Assembly: GCF_000195855.1 (NCBI RefSeq)
Contig: NC_002677.1
Coordinates: forward strand, 1,860,001 to 1,892,000
DNA length: 32,000 bases
Direction of reading: 5' to 3'
Source: Mycobacterium leprae TN
GTDB taxonomy: Bacteria > Actinomycetota > Actinomycetes > Mycobacteriales > Mycobacteriaceae
The notes under the pieces were generated by a model, which saw only the letters and a list, made by a program, of their open reading frames with translations, was not told the DNA's origin and did no database searches. Made by a program: the position numbers and the translations under genes. Below, piece after piece: positions 1 through 12,641 of the stretch; within the stretch, counting starts at the first letter, position 1; the number at the start of each line of letters is the position of its first letter.

Positions 1-606
1 CGGATTAGCCTGCAGCAGCCACATCGGCGGCCTCGGTAGTTGCCGTAAGAGACAGAATTGGTATTAAGTTTTTGTCACAAACTACTCATGAATTTGCTCT
101 GTCAAAGCATTAACTTCCCGGTCCATCTGGACATGTGCAGAAGAGCACTTTTGTTGCCGGAAAATAAAATTTACAATGGCTTACTACATACACCCAAGCT
201 AAATTAGGAAAATTGCAAAGTCATATACCATGACCCAAGCAAACCTACCATGCTTTCGGCGCCGAACGTAAACTACCGTCTGGCCTAGCCGAAAAATTCT
301 GGTATGCCCAAACCAAAATACAAAAAAACTGCGGCTGGCGCTACTAATTTTCGATGTTGACAATCACTAGACGCTCGTTTTTCCTCAAATCCGTTCGGCG
401 CTAACCGCGATCTACCATAGCTAATCCTTATCGAACATGCTAGCCACGAGACTCTAAGAGGAAAATAGGATTCGTAAAATAGTTATGCATGATATTCATG
501 CGGAGCAAACGTTGTTAAATCGCTGTTAAATTTTCGAATAGACTCAACCAGAGCCACCTGCATAAAGCACCTAGCTTCCGTGTAAGCCGATCGGAGGCCA
601 GTTCAT

Positions 607-802
<196 letters not shown>

Positions 803-1039
803 CGGTATCCTCCCTCACGCACGTCGGACAGACGCCAAATCCGACCATATTTGGCCAATACGTAGATTATGCGGTTGGGCAAGCAACGCGACGGCAGCTC
901 GCCACCGCAAACCACTCACCAGCGTTACAAACCAGCAGCCAAGGCAGGACTCCCATACGACAGCATGAAAAAGCGGCCTCTGCTAGCAGAGAACAGACAA
1001 AAGAAAAACATGAGCACTTCGGCGAAGGCCAACCCGACA

Positions 1040-2160
<1,121 letters not shown>

Positions 2161-2214
2161 TAATCAACCCCAGGCAGTGCAAACTGCGCTAACTGAGGCA
2201 ACGCAACTTGCGCG

Positions 2215-5200
2215 CTATCGGCGCATATCGGTCTCTGCCACCTGCACCAACACACCGGTGTCTTCGGCCATCAACAGGCCTCGGCCGCGGGGCAAAGGAC
2301 CGCCCTTCATCTTACCGCGGATGAAACCCTCATCGGGATCAGCGTCCATAACCAGCAATGGTGCGTTCGCCTGATGCAGGGCCCGCAACATCGGGTCACT
2401 GCCCGCCGAAGACCACCCCCCGAACGTACGGGTGGCAATGACATGCAAGCCGACATCGCCGGCCCGAGTCACCCAGGGAACAACCTTCTGCAGCGGTGAA
2501 TCGAAACTGGGCGGCAGTTGCTGGATGTCATCGATGATCAAGAAGATCTCCGGGCCGCTCCACCACGATCGTGACAATAACTCTTCCGCGGACAGATCAG
2601 GCGGCGGTTCGCGGCTGGCCAACAACGCCGCTAACTCACCCACCATGGCGGATACGCCATCGAGGTTGTAGGCAAACTTCTCCATATAGTTGGAGCCCAG
2701 CATCGTCAGCAGCTGACGACGCGGATCGATCAGCCATACCTGCGCAGAGCGTTCTGACGTCGGTGGTGCGCTAGTACCTCCCGGCGCATAGAGCCGACCG
2801 ATCTCGGACATTATGGTAGCCAGCACTGTGGTCCGGCCACATTCACGTCGACCCGTTATCATCAAATGCGCGTTCTCAGCGAAGTTCAGATAGACCGGTT
2901 GCAAATCCAATTCCGATATCGCCCAAGCTATTCCTCCTACGCCAACCCCTTGACGGGTGTCTCGGACAGCCCGCTCGCGCACTTGTTCCATACCGAAACG
3001 AGCCGGCAACCGGCGCACAGGTGGGGCCTGGGCACTCGTCAACCGGCTGACCGGTGCGACCACGCTGTCGGACTCGAAGACGTTAGCGGGGGTATTGGCC
3101 AACGCTGGCCGGGCGACTAACGTGTGCAAGCCCGCCTGTGGATCGCTGTCTAGTCGGACATAGTTGACCGCAACCATGCCGCGTCCCGACTGAACCGGAA
3201 CGTCCTTGGCAAACCGAGAACGCACCAACTTGGCGTCTTCCACAGCAGCCAAGCGCAATTCGACTCGGGAACCGAAGCCGCTACGTACCTGCGGCCTCAG
3301 CTCTGATTCGCGATCAGCAGTGACGACCACGTGCACGCCGAACGAGGGGCCCTGGTTTATGATCTGGTTCACCTGCTCAATAAGCACCTCGTTCTCTTCG
3401 ACCAGTGCCCGGTAGTTGTCGATCACCAGGTAGACATCACCGAACCCATCATTAGGCACCGGCCCCAGCTCACCACCGAACTTGCGGCGCCGGAACACCT
3501 CCATCGAGGCAATCCCGTGTTCGAGAAAGCTACGTTTGCGATCGCGAACCAGTGCCAGCAGTTCGGCCACAGTACGGCGCACACCGTAAGGATCTGTAGG
3601 ACCTGCTACCTCGCCGACGTGGGGCAAGTGCGCCACCGTAGTCAACGCGGTGCCGCTGTAGCCCAGGCAGTAGAATTGAACCTGTTCAGGGGTGTGAGTC
3701 AGTGCTGCCGAGCAGATAATTGTCTGCAGCGCAGTGGTTTTTCCAGAACCACCGGCTCCCAGAACCAACACGTTGGAGCCGGGTCCGGAAGTGTCAACCG
3801 TCCACGCCGGCTGGTCATGCTTGAATGGCCGGTCAATGACCCCAATGGGGAACACAAGATTCCTGGCCGAGCCGTAGTCCTTTTGCCAGGGGTGACCCAA
3901 AAACCGGTTGACCAAATCGTCGATGGCAACGGGCTGGGTCAGCGGGGGTTGCCACAACCGGTAGGGCTCAAAGTCGATCCTGCGAAGCTGATCAATGATC
4001 ACCGTACCGATTTTCGGTGTCCTGACCCCTCCCTCGGCTTCTTCCTCAGCGATCTCCTCGTCGAATTCCTGAGCGTTCGCAAAAACAGCCTCCGCATCGA
4101 CCTCGGGGCCTCCTACGCTCACCTCGAGCGGCGTGAACAAGTTGGTAAACAATTGCGGTCGAACATAGTCGATGTTGTGCACCAACACTGGCTGTTCCTC
4201 GCCGTCGAGAGTGACGCCGCGGAAGTAGTCCCGCCACAGGAACTCGGCCTGGAACCGGATGACGTCTTCGAGGCTCTTACGAAAATATCCCAGACCCGCC
4301 TGAGCCGGCAGGTTCACCGCGTTCGGCACGCCGGCCGCCTGCGCCGCGCCAGCGGTACGTGCTTTCAGAACCAAACGGTAGCCCATGTTCTCCATGAGCT
4401 TTTCAGCTCGGCTCTCAATGGTCTGCGACGCCATCATCAAATGAATCCAGTAGGCGCGGCCCTGCCGGCCGATTGAGTCAAGCACGTCGACCGCCGTCGG
4501 TACGATGCGGAACCACTCGTAGAACTCGTCGATGACCACTACTAGCATCGGCAACGCCGGCATGTCCTGGCCGCGCGCCCGCATCCTGGTGCGCACCGAG
4601 TTGTATTCCTTGGCGTCGTCTACACCGGCGTTGTCGCAGACCGCTTTGCGGCGGGCGATTTCGCCCCACAGCGCGTCCAAGAAGCGCTCCATAAGCACTT
4701 GGTCTTCTTCAAGATCAGTGATGATCCGAGACACATGCGGCACACCGGCGAACGGCTTGACCGCCGACCCACCTTTGAGATCTGCCAACACGAACTGCAG
4801 CTCCTCCGGCGGATGAGCGAGCATCAACGATTCGATCACGGTTCGCACTAGCGTCGATTTGCCCGAACCAGTTGTCCCCGACATCACCCCGTGCGGGCCA
4901 TCGCCGCCTTCATCAAGCGATTTCATGTCCAAAAACAACAGCTCACCGTTGTCGGATCGATTGCCGAACGGTACCCGCAACCGCGACTTGCCCATCGCAT
5001 CGGTACGGCTGTTCCACAGCGCATCAAAGTCGATCGCAGATGGATCTCCAATTCCGTAGTAAGACAAGATATCTCGAGCACCGATATGGGCTACTCTCTG
5101 GCCGATCTCTTCGTAGGCTTCGGCTGGCCGCCAGTGCGCCAGCTTTTGTGCGAACTCTTCAGCTTCGGCGAAACTGAGTTGGTCGGCGAGGGCGAAAAAC

Positions 5201-6372
5201 CAAGGCTTGTCGTCGATCACCATCCAGGTATCACGATCGCGGGGCAGCGCGTCGATCACACCTTTTTCGTCAAACCGCAACGTGCGCTTCGGTACTACTG
5301 TCCACATCGAAGAGCCGGTCAGGTCGAAGAACGTCACACCGTCGATACCTTCGACGCTGATCACGTACTCCCACTCCGGATCGACGACGTCCGCAACGAT
5401 CAGGTGGTGAGGTGTCGGGGTTTGTGCCGACGAACTGGCGTGTCGCGGCGTAAACGACCCTCGACCGGCGAACAATTCGGCTTGTTCCGTGGCGAATTCC
5501 CGTACCGAACTGTACACCATCCGCGCGTTGCCTGCTGCGTCCTGACGTCGGGGATCACCAAAATGCGGTAACCACTTGACCCAGTCCCACTGCTCCAAAT
5601 CGGAACTAACAACCACCATCTGCACGTGGTCGGGACCGTGCGAAAACGTCAGCTGGCAAATGATTGACCGCATTAATCCCAGTGTCTGCTCACGGTCCCC
5701 AATTAGCGCATACCAGGGTTCCACCAGTAGGGAAACCATTTTTGGCAGGTTGTAAACAATGCTTTGATAACGTCCGAACTCCTGTAGCGCCTTCCCGGTT
5801 ACCGGCTCCAGCTCGATGTCGGTCGGCATATTCTGCGGTTCGCCCCACGTCACCTCGGGACGCGTCATGCCCACGCCAACTCGGACAACGCAGAAATTAA
5901 GGTCCTTGCCATCAGGTTTGCGTTCCCACATTCTGGACGATCCCACGGCAGCAGCCAACGTGGTGGGCGCCGGGTGGAACCACCGGTAATTGGCGTCCAT
6001 GCTGTCGGCCGACTCATTCGCGGCCTCACGCAGCATGTCCAGCATCAACATGAACTGGGCGCGCATCGCGTCCAGCTTCGGCCGGCTCATTTGCTGCTGC
6101 CCACCCATTCGGCCACTGAACATCATCATCGCAACACCACCGATCATGAAGAGCGGAAAAATTGAGCCTGCACCCCCGAACACCCGTGAACCGCTGGCGA
6201 ACGTCATGGCGACCATGCCGCCCACCAGACCGATCACTACGACACCGATCACGATAACCCACCAGGGTTTGCCCTCTGGTGGCGGAATACTCAAAGGTGT
6301 TGGCAGGACAATGTTTTCCGGCCTGATAACCGGAGCCTTTTCCGGCGTCGGGCGTGCAAAGCCACGTTTCAC
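2215..6372 (-). CDS. eccC5: ESX-5 type VII secretion ATPase EccC5 (three FtsK/SpoIIIE-like ATPase domains)
   Basis: 1385-aa ORF. The N-terminus MKRGFARPTPEKAPVIRPENIVLPTPLSIPPPEGKPWW and two TM segments match mycobacterial EccC5. Walker A-like motifs are GTTGSGKSTLV, GAGGSGKTTALQ and GRRECGRTTVL. It overlaps the upstream eccB5 stop by 4 nt. Confidence 0.97.
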   Translation of the reverse strand: MKRGFARPTPEKAPVIRPENIVLPTPLSIPPPEGKPWWVIVIGVVVIGLVGGMVAMTFASGSRVFGGAGSIFPLFMIGGVAMMMFSGRMGGQQQMSRPKLDAMRAQFMLMLDMLREAANESADSMDANYRWFHPAPTTLAAAVGSSRMWERKPDGKDLNFCVVRVGVGMTRPEVTWGEPQNMPTDIELEPVTGKALQEFGRYQSIVYNLPKMVSLLVEPWYALIGDREQTLGLMRSIICQLTFSHGPDHVQMVVVSSDLEQWDWVKWLPHFGDPRRQDAAGNARMVYSSVREFATEQAELFAGRGSFTPRHASSSAQTPTPHHLIVADVVDPEWEYVISVEGIDGVTFFDLTGSSMWTVVPKRTLRFDEKGVIDALPRDRDTWMVIDDKPWFFALADQLSFAEAEEFAQKLAHWRPAEAYEEIGQRVAHIGARDILSYYGIGDPSAIDFDALWNSRTDAMGKSRLRVPFGNRSDNGELLFLDMKSLDEGGDGPHGVMSGTTGSGKSTLVRTVIESLMLAHPPEELQFVLADLKGGSAVKPFAGVPHVSRIITDLEEDQVLMERFLDALWGEIARRKAVCDNAGVDDAKEYNSVRTRMRARGQDMPALPMLVVVIDEFYEWFRIVPTAVDVLDSIGRQGRAYWIHLMMASQTIESRAEKLMENMGYRLVLKARTAGAAQAAGVPNAVNLPAQAGLGYFRKSLEDVIRFQAEFLWRDYFRGVTLDGEEQPVLVHNIDYVRPQLFTNLFTPLEVSVGGPEVDAEAVFANAQEFDEEIAEEEAEGGVRTPKIGTVIIDQLRRIDFEPYRLWQPPLTQPVAIDDLVNRFLGHPWQKDYGSARNLVFPIGVIDRPFKHDQPAWTVDTSGPGSNVLVLGAGGSGKTTALQTIICSAALTHTPEQVQFYCLGYSGTALTTVAHLPHVGEVAGPTDPYGVRRTVAELLALVRDRKRSFLEHGIASMEVFRRRKFGGELGPVPNDGFGDVYLVIDNYRALVEENEVLIEQVNQIINQGPSFGVHVVVTADRESELRPQVRSGFGSRVELRLAAVEDAKLVRSRFAKDVPVQSGRGMVAVNYVRLDSDPQAGLHTLVARPALANTPANVFESDSVVAPVSRLTSAQAPPVRRLPARFGMEQVRERAVRDTRQGVGVGGIAWAISELDLQPVYLNFAENAHLMITGRRECGRTTVLATIMSEIGRLYAPGGTSAPPTSERSAQVWLIDPRRQLLTMLGSNYMEKFAYNLDGVSAMVGELAALLASREPPPDLSAEELLSRSWWSGPEIFLIIDDIQQLPPSFDSPLQKVVPWVTRAGDVGLHVIATRTFGGWSSAGSDPMLRALHQANAPLLVMDADPDEGFIRGKMKGGPLPRGRGLLMAEDTGVLVQVAETDMRR

Positions 6373-7889
6373 TTAGGTACCACCAACTCGGCAGGGGTCA
6401 TGTCCATAGGTAGCGTGTCGTGCTCCATCAATGCATCTGCTCGGGACAGAGTCGGGCCTTGCGACAATAGCCGCAAGGCTACCCAGGGCGCCAAATTGGG
6501 CGTGCCGTTCAAACCTAATGCGTCACGAACGTCCTTGGTGTCTTCCACTCCAAACCGAGCTCCCGTCCGCGTGACCCACCACAGTGATTCCGTTGTTTGT
6601 GCCGCTGGATTGTTGCCGGTGACTGCAACGAAGTTGGCATAGTTAGAACCGAAGTAGACTTGATCAGCTTCGCGTCCAGTTGTGTCCGCCTTCACCAACG
6701 ACACCACCTTCTTCACATCGGCTGAGTTAATTGGAATGGTTGACCCAGTTATCACCTGGATACGAGACCGGCTCTCACCAGCGGTCCGTTCCCACCACCA
6801 ACAGGTCGACGGATTCTCTCGGAGGTCCACCACTTGCAACGGGGTGTCGGGGTAAACAGACAAATCCAGCTTATTGACCACCGGCATCTTTACCAACACA
6901 GACGGTGCTACGGTGATTAGTTTGGTGTTTCCTGGTTTACCTGCGTTTTGCATGATCTGAGCCACCAGTGGGGAGACCGTCTCCACGCCGTCAGCCAACA
7001 CCAGCGAATACTGTTGCGGACCACTGATCTGTGGTGTGACAATCACCGTACCCACCGGTCCCGGAGCACCCGGAAAAGAGGCCGGATTGCCCTCGTTTGG
7101 TACGTCTGGCACCACCAAGTCGGGACCCACCGGCAAAGCATCGAACAACGCACGACTCATCGGGCGCGCTTGACTGACTTGCTCTGGGGTCAAGCCCAAT
7201 GGCAACAGCACCGACCGGTTCATGGCGTCGATACGGGACCGGCGTCCCTGCCGGATGACCCACGCATCCCCACCGTAGTGCAGCACTACCGCATCCGAGC
7301 CGGTCAGCACCCGACGGTGGCCAGACAGGTCTGGGGATCCGTCGATCACTGTGACCGTCACCCCAGACGACGACCCAATCCCGGTCGAGGTGGCCACCGT
7401 ATCGCACACCAGCCATGATGATGTCTGTGGAGTTTCAGGTGATAACTCCGACGGTGCGCCTGGGATGCCCACCAGCGGTCCGTGCGGTAGCGTGGCGATT
7501 TGGCTGGACCGAACCGCGTGCGGATTGTCCGGTCGTCCGGTGATCAGCCGTGCGGACGCCAGATTCAAAGCGGGGTACAACCTATCCCCTACCCGGACGT
7601 ACAGCGCGCCAGAGTCACGGTCAATGATGATAGGCGACTCATTCAGCTGGCCGGATGGGCTTATAAACGACCACAGCAGCGCTCCCAGGCAACCCAACAA
7701 TGCCGCGGAAACCGACGCCACCACCGCTAACGTCTGGCGGCGACCTGGTTCGACCTCCATGCGGACGCGCCACCGCGTCAACGCCATTGCGGTTCGGCGG
7801 GCAAGGAACTGATAACCCGTCACCTGAGTCCGTGTTGACAAACCAAGGCCGTACTCCGACCCCCGCCGCCCGCTGCTCTCTTCGGCCAC
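6369..7889 (-). CDS. eccB5: ESX-5 type VII secretion membrane protein EccB5
   Basis: 506-aa ORF MAEESSGRRGSEYGLGLSTRTQVTGYQFLARRTAMALTRWRVRMEVEPGRRQTLAVVASVSAALL, with a single N-terminal TM. It is adjacent to eccC5. Confidence 0.97.
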   Translation of the reverse strand: MAEESSGRRGSEYGLGLSTRTQVTGYQFLARRTAMALTRWRVRMEVEPGRRQTLAVVASVSAALLGCLGALLWSFISPSGQLNESPIIIDRDSGALYVRVGDRLYPALNLASARLITGRPDNPHAVRSSQIATLPHGPLVGIPGAPSELSPETPQTSSWLVCDTVATSTGIGSSSGVTVTVIDGSPDLSGHRRVLTGSDAVVLHYGGDAWVIRQGRRSRIDAMNRSVLLPLGLTPEQVSQARPMSRALFDALPVGPDLVVPDVPNEGNPASFPGAPGPVGTVIVTPQISGPQQYSLVLADGVETVSPLVAQIMQNAGKPGNTKLITVAPSVLVKMPVVNKLDLSVYPDTPLQVVDLRENPSTCWWWERTAGESRSRIQVITGSTIPINSADVKKVVSLVKADTTGREADQVYFGSNYANFVAVTGNNPAAQTTESLWWVTRTGARFGVEDTKDVRDALGLNGTPNLAPWVALRLLSQGPTLSRADALMEHDTLPMDMTPAELVVPK

Positions 7890-8322
7890 GTTAGATCACC
7901 TTCCGGTCTAAAAAACTCCCGTATATTGACATGGCTTTAAAAGCTATGCACTGCTCATTATCGATAACCGTAAATCACCTGTATTTACCTTGGCCAAAGT
8001 GCGATACACTCGCCCATCTCGGCATCGGATTACATTATTGAATCGAATCTTCTTCAATACGGTCAGCCTGCCGGTCGACGGAATCGCACCAAAACCGGGG
8101 TAGTATAGTTGTCAAAGCGACCACTGAACTGCCACGTTCCATGTCCCCCATTCACGCCTGCACAGCATGGTAGTCGTGGATAGCTAGCTCGTCCTGTTGA
8201 GCGTCCGCTCCGTCCTCCGTCTTGCTGACTGTGAAATAGTTCATGCGGCAAACCATCCCAAGGGAGCCATTAGGCAGACCCCACCGTCACGGGGCACGTT
8301 CGGGACGCAATATGGCCGGTAT

Positions 8323-10310
8323 GGCTGAACTTGAACCCTAGCTCGTCGAACTTGCCAGGCAATTTGGTATCGCGACCGCGTATGAGAACTGGACCGGCGG
8401 TCAGGTGCACGTCTCTGAGACAACACTGGTAGCTGCGCTTGCCGCCCTCGGTGTGGCCAGGGGCCGGTACCGAGGTGGAAGCGCAACATCGCCCTGACCG
8501 CGCAGGGTAGGTCCTAATTAGGTACGTTAAATGCCGGCCACGATCGTCGCCCGCGCTGATACGCAAACTAGATTCTGGATGCAAATGCGCCAAGGCACTC
8601 CCGCCGAGAAGTATGGTTGAAGCTCAAGAACGACAAGAAACCAAGAAACGGGGCGGGTTGCAGCAGGTCGACAACTTCACTCCGCCTTTCGATCTGGACG
8701 GACGCTGAATCGGCGAGGCCAGCTTTGCGACGCTCATCGATTTGCAGCTGGGCTACCAGCTATGTTCCGGCGACTTCCAGACCAACACAGCGCTCACCGT
8801 AACACCGGATTGAATCGGTCCTGCCGGAGCAGCTAGGCACCCGCTGGGCGTAGGGCCTAACCGCCCAGCTCTATAATGGGCGCTCCCAACAGTCGTGGGG
8901 TATCGGTGATTTCACCGATCTGACAAAACTATATTGACGTTGAAGCAATTCCGGAATTCTCTGGTCTGAAGAAGCGTGGCTCGGGTACAGGAGCTGCGGA
9001 CCGAGCTCCAGCAACGCACCAGTCAACTCGACACTAGCGACCGTGACAGCGCATAAGTGACCAAGCGTGCAGCGCTCCTGCTGCTATCATCGAGTACCGC
9101 TATCAACAAGCCGCCGGATAACTTACACCGCCTTCTGTATAAAGTCCAGCAGGCGCGTTCGACTACTTCGCCACCTGGTGCGCGTTGGCCGAATGCTACG
9201 GTGGCAACTGACACTGCTGGTCGAGCTTTCTACAGCATCTGGCCGGCGCCGATGTCGCTCGTTTCGTCGAAAACATTCGAATACTATCGGATTTCCACCG
9301 TTGGCTACAATGGCAGCTCAACGAGGAACTCACCATGGCACAATACGCATGTAGTGCTCTGAAATTTGGGTATCGTGCACAACCTGATTGTCGGCGTGCA
9401 CCCGAATGGAACCGGCGCGTGGACACGAAAGGATACGCTGACGCAGAGCGTAACCGCGGGCTCGCCGCAAGATGAATTAAATTAACTCGGCCAAACCTGG
9501 ACGCAGCCGCCATGGCAGCCGGATCGGTTAGATTGAGCTCGAATATCAGCCCTTCAGTGTGCTGATCCAGACTGTGCTACGTCACCCCGGTGGGGTACGT
9601 ATCGACCCCGGCTGTGGTGGATCGTGTGAGAGGGCACCGCCAACCCAAGGAACCTACGTGCACTACAAACATGAAACGACGATCGGCATCGTCGCCTTGG
9701 AAACGCACTGGGCCGGTGCGGTCGTCGGTGGCGAGGACCTCAGCACGGTCGAACCGTGATTGGGTGACTACCTACTACAGGATCTGTTAGACACCTAAGA
9801 TTCTCTGGCTTGAGCTGGATCGAGACGGAACTGGCGGTCCATTTCCAACCAGATGCTGGAGTAAATAAATACTGCTTGTAAATACTGCTTGTCGTCGGTC
9901 ATCCTCCAGGATCTGTCGCCAACCACCGGCCTACCCGACTGGCGACCATATGCCGCCTATGGGAGTCACTAGGTACCTGTTTACCCGGCCGGGCGAGGAT
10001 AAAGTCGAGTCCAGCCACGCCGACCTGGAGGCCTAGATGTGTTGAGTTGCGCCGGGTCGGGTTGCTAAGAGACCTAGGAAAGCCACCCCAGACCAGAACA
10101 GATTGTTCTAGCCTTTCATAAGTATCTCTGGGCCGAACACCCTCACGACTGTTGGGGGTGATGCTGACCGACGCAGTCGATGACCAACGGACACAGATCA
10201 GCCAGGCACGACCCAACTAATGGGTTCCGCTAAACCTGCCCCTACGGCCAGCCGCTGCTGCTTGAAGACGTGGTTGCCAACTTGGCCTGAGTGGCGTCAA
10301 AAATCGTGCG
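8323..10310 (+). pseudogene. malQ: Decayed 4-alpha-glucanotransferase (malQ, Rv1781c ortholog)
   Basis: ATG 8323 MAELEP then TAG at 8341-8343. Downstream pieces are LVELARQFGIATAYENWTGGQVHVSETTLVAALAALGV, QVDNFTPPFDLDGR*IGEASF (in-frame TGA 8706-8708), SWGIGDFTDL, APPTQGTYVHYKHETTIGIVALETHWAGAVVGGEDLSTVEP and GRTPSRLLGVMLTDAVDDQRTQ. There are multiple frameshifts and a 13-bp tandem duplication at 9867-9892. Confidence 0.92.
9867..9892. repeat. 13-bp perfect tandem duplication (aaatactgcttgt x2) inside malQ pseudogene
   Basis: The sequence reads aaatactgcttgt aaatactgcttgt. It overlaps the region encoding the residual EYCLSS and adds 13 nt (not divisible by 3). Confidence 0.9.
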
Positions 10311-10998
10311 GTTCCCGGGCTCTGCTGTCTTGTGTCTGTGGCGGTGAGTTGTTCGGTTGGTTTCATAGGTGGTGGGTGAAATGGCTGTTTTTGCGTTTTA
10401 TGACTGGCCGATATGTTCGGTAGTCGTGGGGGGCAGCCCGGAATCCTGTTGACGTGTTTTGCTGTGTTGCGGGGTTTTTGTTGGTGGGTGGCTGACTGCC
10501 TGCTTTCGATGAGGCTTCGTGTGCTTTGCCGCAGTGGACACGATTAGCGCGGCGCACGTAAGCATGTCGGTGGTGGATGCTGCTTGGTCTACATGTTGAT
10601 GATGCCAGGGGCTGGGCACCTGGGCTGTGCTGAAGGCGATATCGATGCAGGCGTGAGTGTGAGGATAGTTGTTAGCGCCGCGGGGTAGGGGCGTTTTAGT
10701 GTGCATGTCATGGCCTTGAGGTGTCGGCGTGGTCAATGTGGCCGCACCTGAACAGGCACGTCCCCGTGCACGGTATAACTATTCGCACCTGATGTTATCC
10801 CTTGCACCATTTCTGCCGCTGGTATCGGTGTCGGCGGCTTGTTGACCGGCCCTCAGCCAGCAAGCAGGCATGCCGCCGGGTGCAGCAGTATCGTGTTAGT
10901 GAACAGTGCATCGATGATCCGGCCGTCGGCGGCACATACGGCAACCTTCTAGCGCAGATCAACCACCCACACCCCACCAGCCCACCACAACACCACCC

Positions 10999-11961
10999 TT
11001 AGGCCTCAATCACCCCAACAATGCCCCGTCCGATGCTGACTCGCACAAAGACCGGGTGCAGCACCACCACCGACTTGGTCCGCGGGCCCTCGTCGCGCAG
11101 CAATGCAATGACTCGGCCGTCGGCGTCGCTGGCGGCATAGATGCCGTCGATACCGGCCGACGAAATTGGTCGCCCGTTGCTGGTTGCCTCGACCTCGCTT
11201 ACCGTAAGGTCACGGCGAGGAAACATCAGCAAACAGGTCTCGTCTAGCGTCCGACTCAACCGCGGTAGCTCCGCCAGATCCTCGAGTGACCACGCCTGGT
11301 CCAGCTCGAAACGGCCGACCCGGGTGCGCCGCAACGACGTCAGATGCCCACCTACCCCGAACGCATCGCCGAGGTCGCGAGCCAGCGCACGAATATAGGT
11401 TCCCGATGAGCATTCGACTTCCACATCAAGATCGATGACATCGGCTAATCCGACTTCGGGCCCGGGTCGAACAGCCAGCACCTCAAACCGGTCAATGCGT
11501 ACCGGCCGGGCTTGCAGCTCAACAACATGACCCTCGCGGACCAGTCGATAAGCACGACGGCCGTCGACCTTGATAGCACTGACCGCCGACGGCACCTGCT
11601 TGATATCACCGCGCAGCCTACCGATCGCGGTGGCGATCGCCTCGTCTGTCACGTGCCGAGCCGAGACACACTGCAGCAGTTCACCTTCGGCGTCTTCAGT
11701 AGATGTGGTCTGACCTAGGCGGATGGTCGCGACGTACTCTTTCGAGGCCCCGGCCAGCAGACCCAAGATCTTGGTGGCTCGATCGACCCCGAGCACCAGC
11801 ACACCGGTGGCCATCGGATCCAGCGTTCCCGCGTGCCCCACCCTGCGAGTGCAAAATATTCGGCGACAGCGCGCCACCACATCGTGACTGGTCATCCCGG
11901 ACGGCTTGTCAATGACCACTATTCCCGGACCGAGTCCTGCACCTGTGGAGCTTTCGCTCAT
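10999..11961 (-). CDS. truB: tRNA pseudouridine(55) synthase TruB
   Basis: The protein contains [47 protein letters not shown], the typical TruB catalytic region. The start is chosen at MSESST (11961), overlapping the pptT stop (ATGA). The supplied ORF extends to 12003. Confidence 0.95.
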   Translation of the reverse strand: MSESSTGAGLGPGIVVIDKPSGMTSHDVVARCRRIFCTRRVGHAGTLDPMATGVLVLGVDRATKILGLLAGASKEYVATIRLGQTTSTEDAEGELLQCVSARHVTDEAIATAIGRLRGDIKQVPSAVSAIKVDGRRAYRLVREGHVVELQARPVRIDRFEVLAVRPGPEVGLADVIDLDVEVECSSGTYIRALARDLGDAFGVGGHLTSLRRTRVGRFELDQAWSLEDLAELPRLSRTLDETCLLMFPRRDLTVSEVEATSNGRPISSAGIDGIYAASDADGRVIALLRDEGPRTKSVVVLHPVFVRVSIGRGIVGVIEA

Positions 11962-12641
11962 AGCACGATTGCGGTCAGCACCAACCCGCGATCGACTGAC
12001 CACCGACCAGTCAGCACCGTTAACGGTGGACCCGACAATGCCGATCCGTCGACCAGGATCCGAGACACGAAACCACCCGACGAACCAAGATTGTCCACGT
12101 CAAACGTAATGTGAGCGTCCTCAAAACCCAACCACCTTTTGGTCAGCGGAAACCACGCCTTGTACGTTGCCTCCTTAGCACAAAACAAGATTCGGTCCCA
12201 ATACAGTACCGACGGCAACTTCCGACGCATTTCGCTGCGCTCCTCCGGCAGGCTGATAACATCCAGCACGCCGTTCGGCAACATCTCATGCGGTTCTGCG
12301 TCGATGCCCACTGAACGTACCGCGGCACTGCGCCCCACTACGGCGCCGCGATAGCCAGAGCAGTGGGTAAGACTCCCTACCACCCCGTCGGGCCAACACG
12401 GTTCCCCCTTGTCTCCCTTGAGGATTGGCACCGGAGGGACTCGGAGTCGGCCCAGAGCAATCCGGGCACAATAACGGGCGGTGATGAATTCGTTGCGCCG
12501 CTTAGCCACCGACTTGGCAATCAACAGTTCCTCTTCGGGCAACGGAGTAAGACCGGGTGGGTCGGAGTACAGCTCCGCGTACTCCAGATCCTGCGACGCG
12601 TAGTCGGGCAGCACCGATGACACCAACATGCTCACTGTCAT
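11958..12641 (-). CDS. pptT: 4'-phosphopantetheinyl transferase PptT
   Basis: 227-aa ORF with [31 protein letters not shown] and [26 protein letters not shown], the Sfp-type PPTase motifs. It has the pptT-truB gene order of mycobacteria. Confidence 0.95.
   Translation of the reverse strand: MTVSMLVSSVLPDYASQDLEYAELYSDPPGLTPLPEEELLIAKSVAKRRNEFITARYCARIALGRLRVPPVPILKGDKGEPCWPDGVVGSLTHCSGYRGAVVGRSAAVRSVGIDAEPHEMLPNGVLDVISLPEERSEMRRKLPSVLYWDRILFCAKEATYKAWFPLTKRWLGFEDAHITFDVDNLGSSGGFVSRILVDGSALSGPPLTVLTGRWSVDRGLVLTAIVL

Noticed and set aside
2432-6262. Many plus-strand ORFs of 60-380 aa (e.g. 3331-4476, 4891-5571) opposite eccC5
   Set aside because: They are antisense frames of a clearly real 1385-aa gene in high-GC DNA, and their translations have no family-like content.
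10398-10736. 112-aa minus-strand ORF rich in His/Thr/Pro
   Set aside because: The composition suggests a low-complexity frame in the breakpoint region, with no motif. It is kept only as part of the unexplained segment.
10311-10998. Calling the breakpoint sequence an RLEP, REPLEP, LEPREP or LEPRPT copy
   Set aside because: I cannot reliably match those repeat sequences from memory, so no repeat family is claimed.
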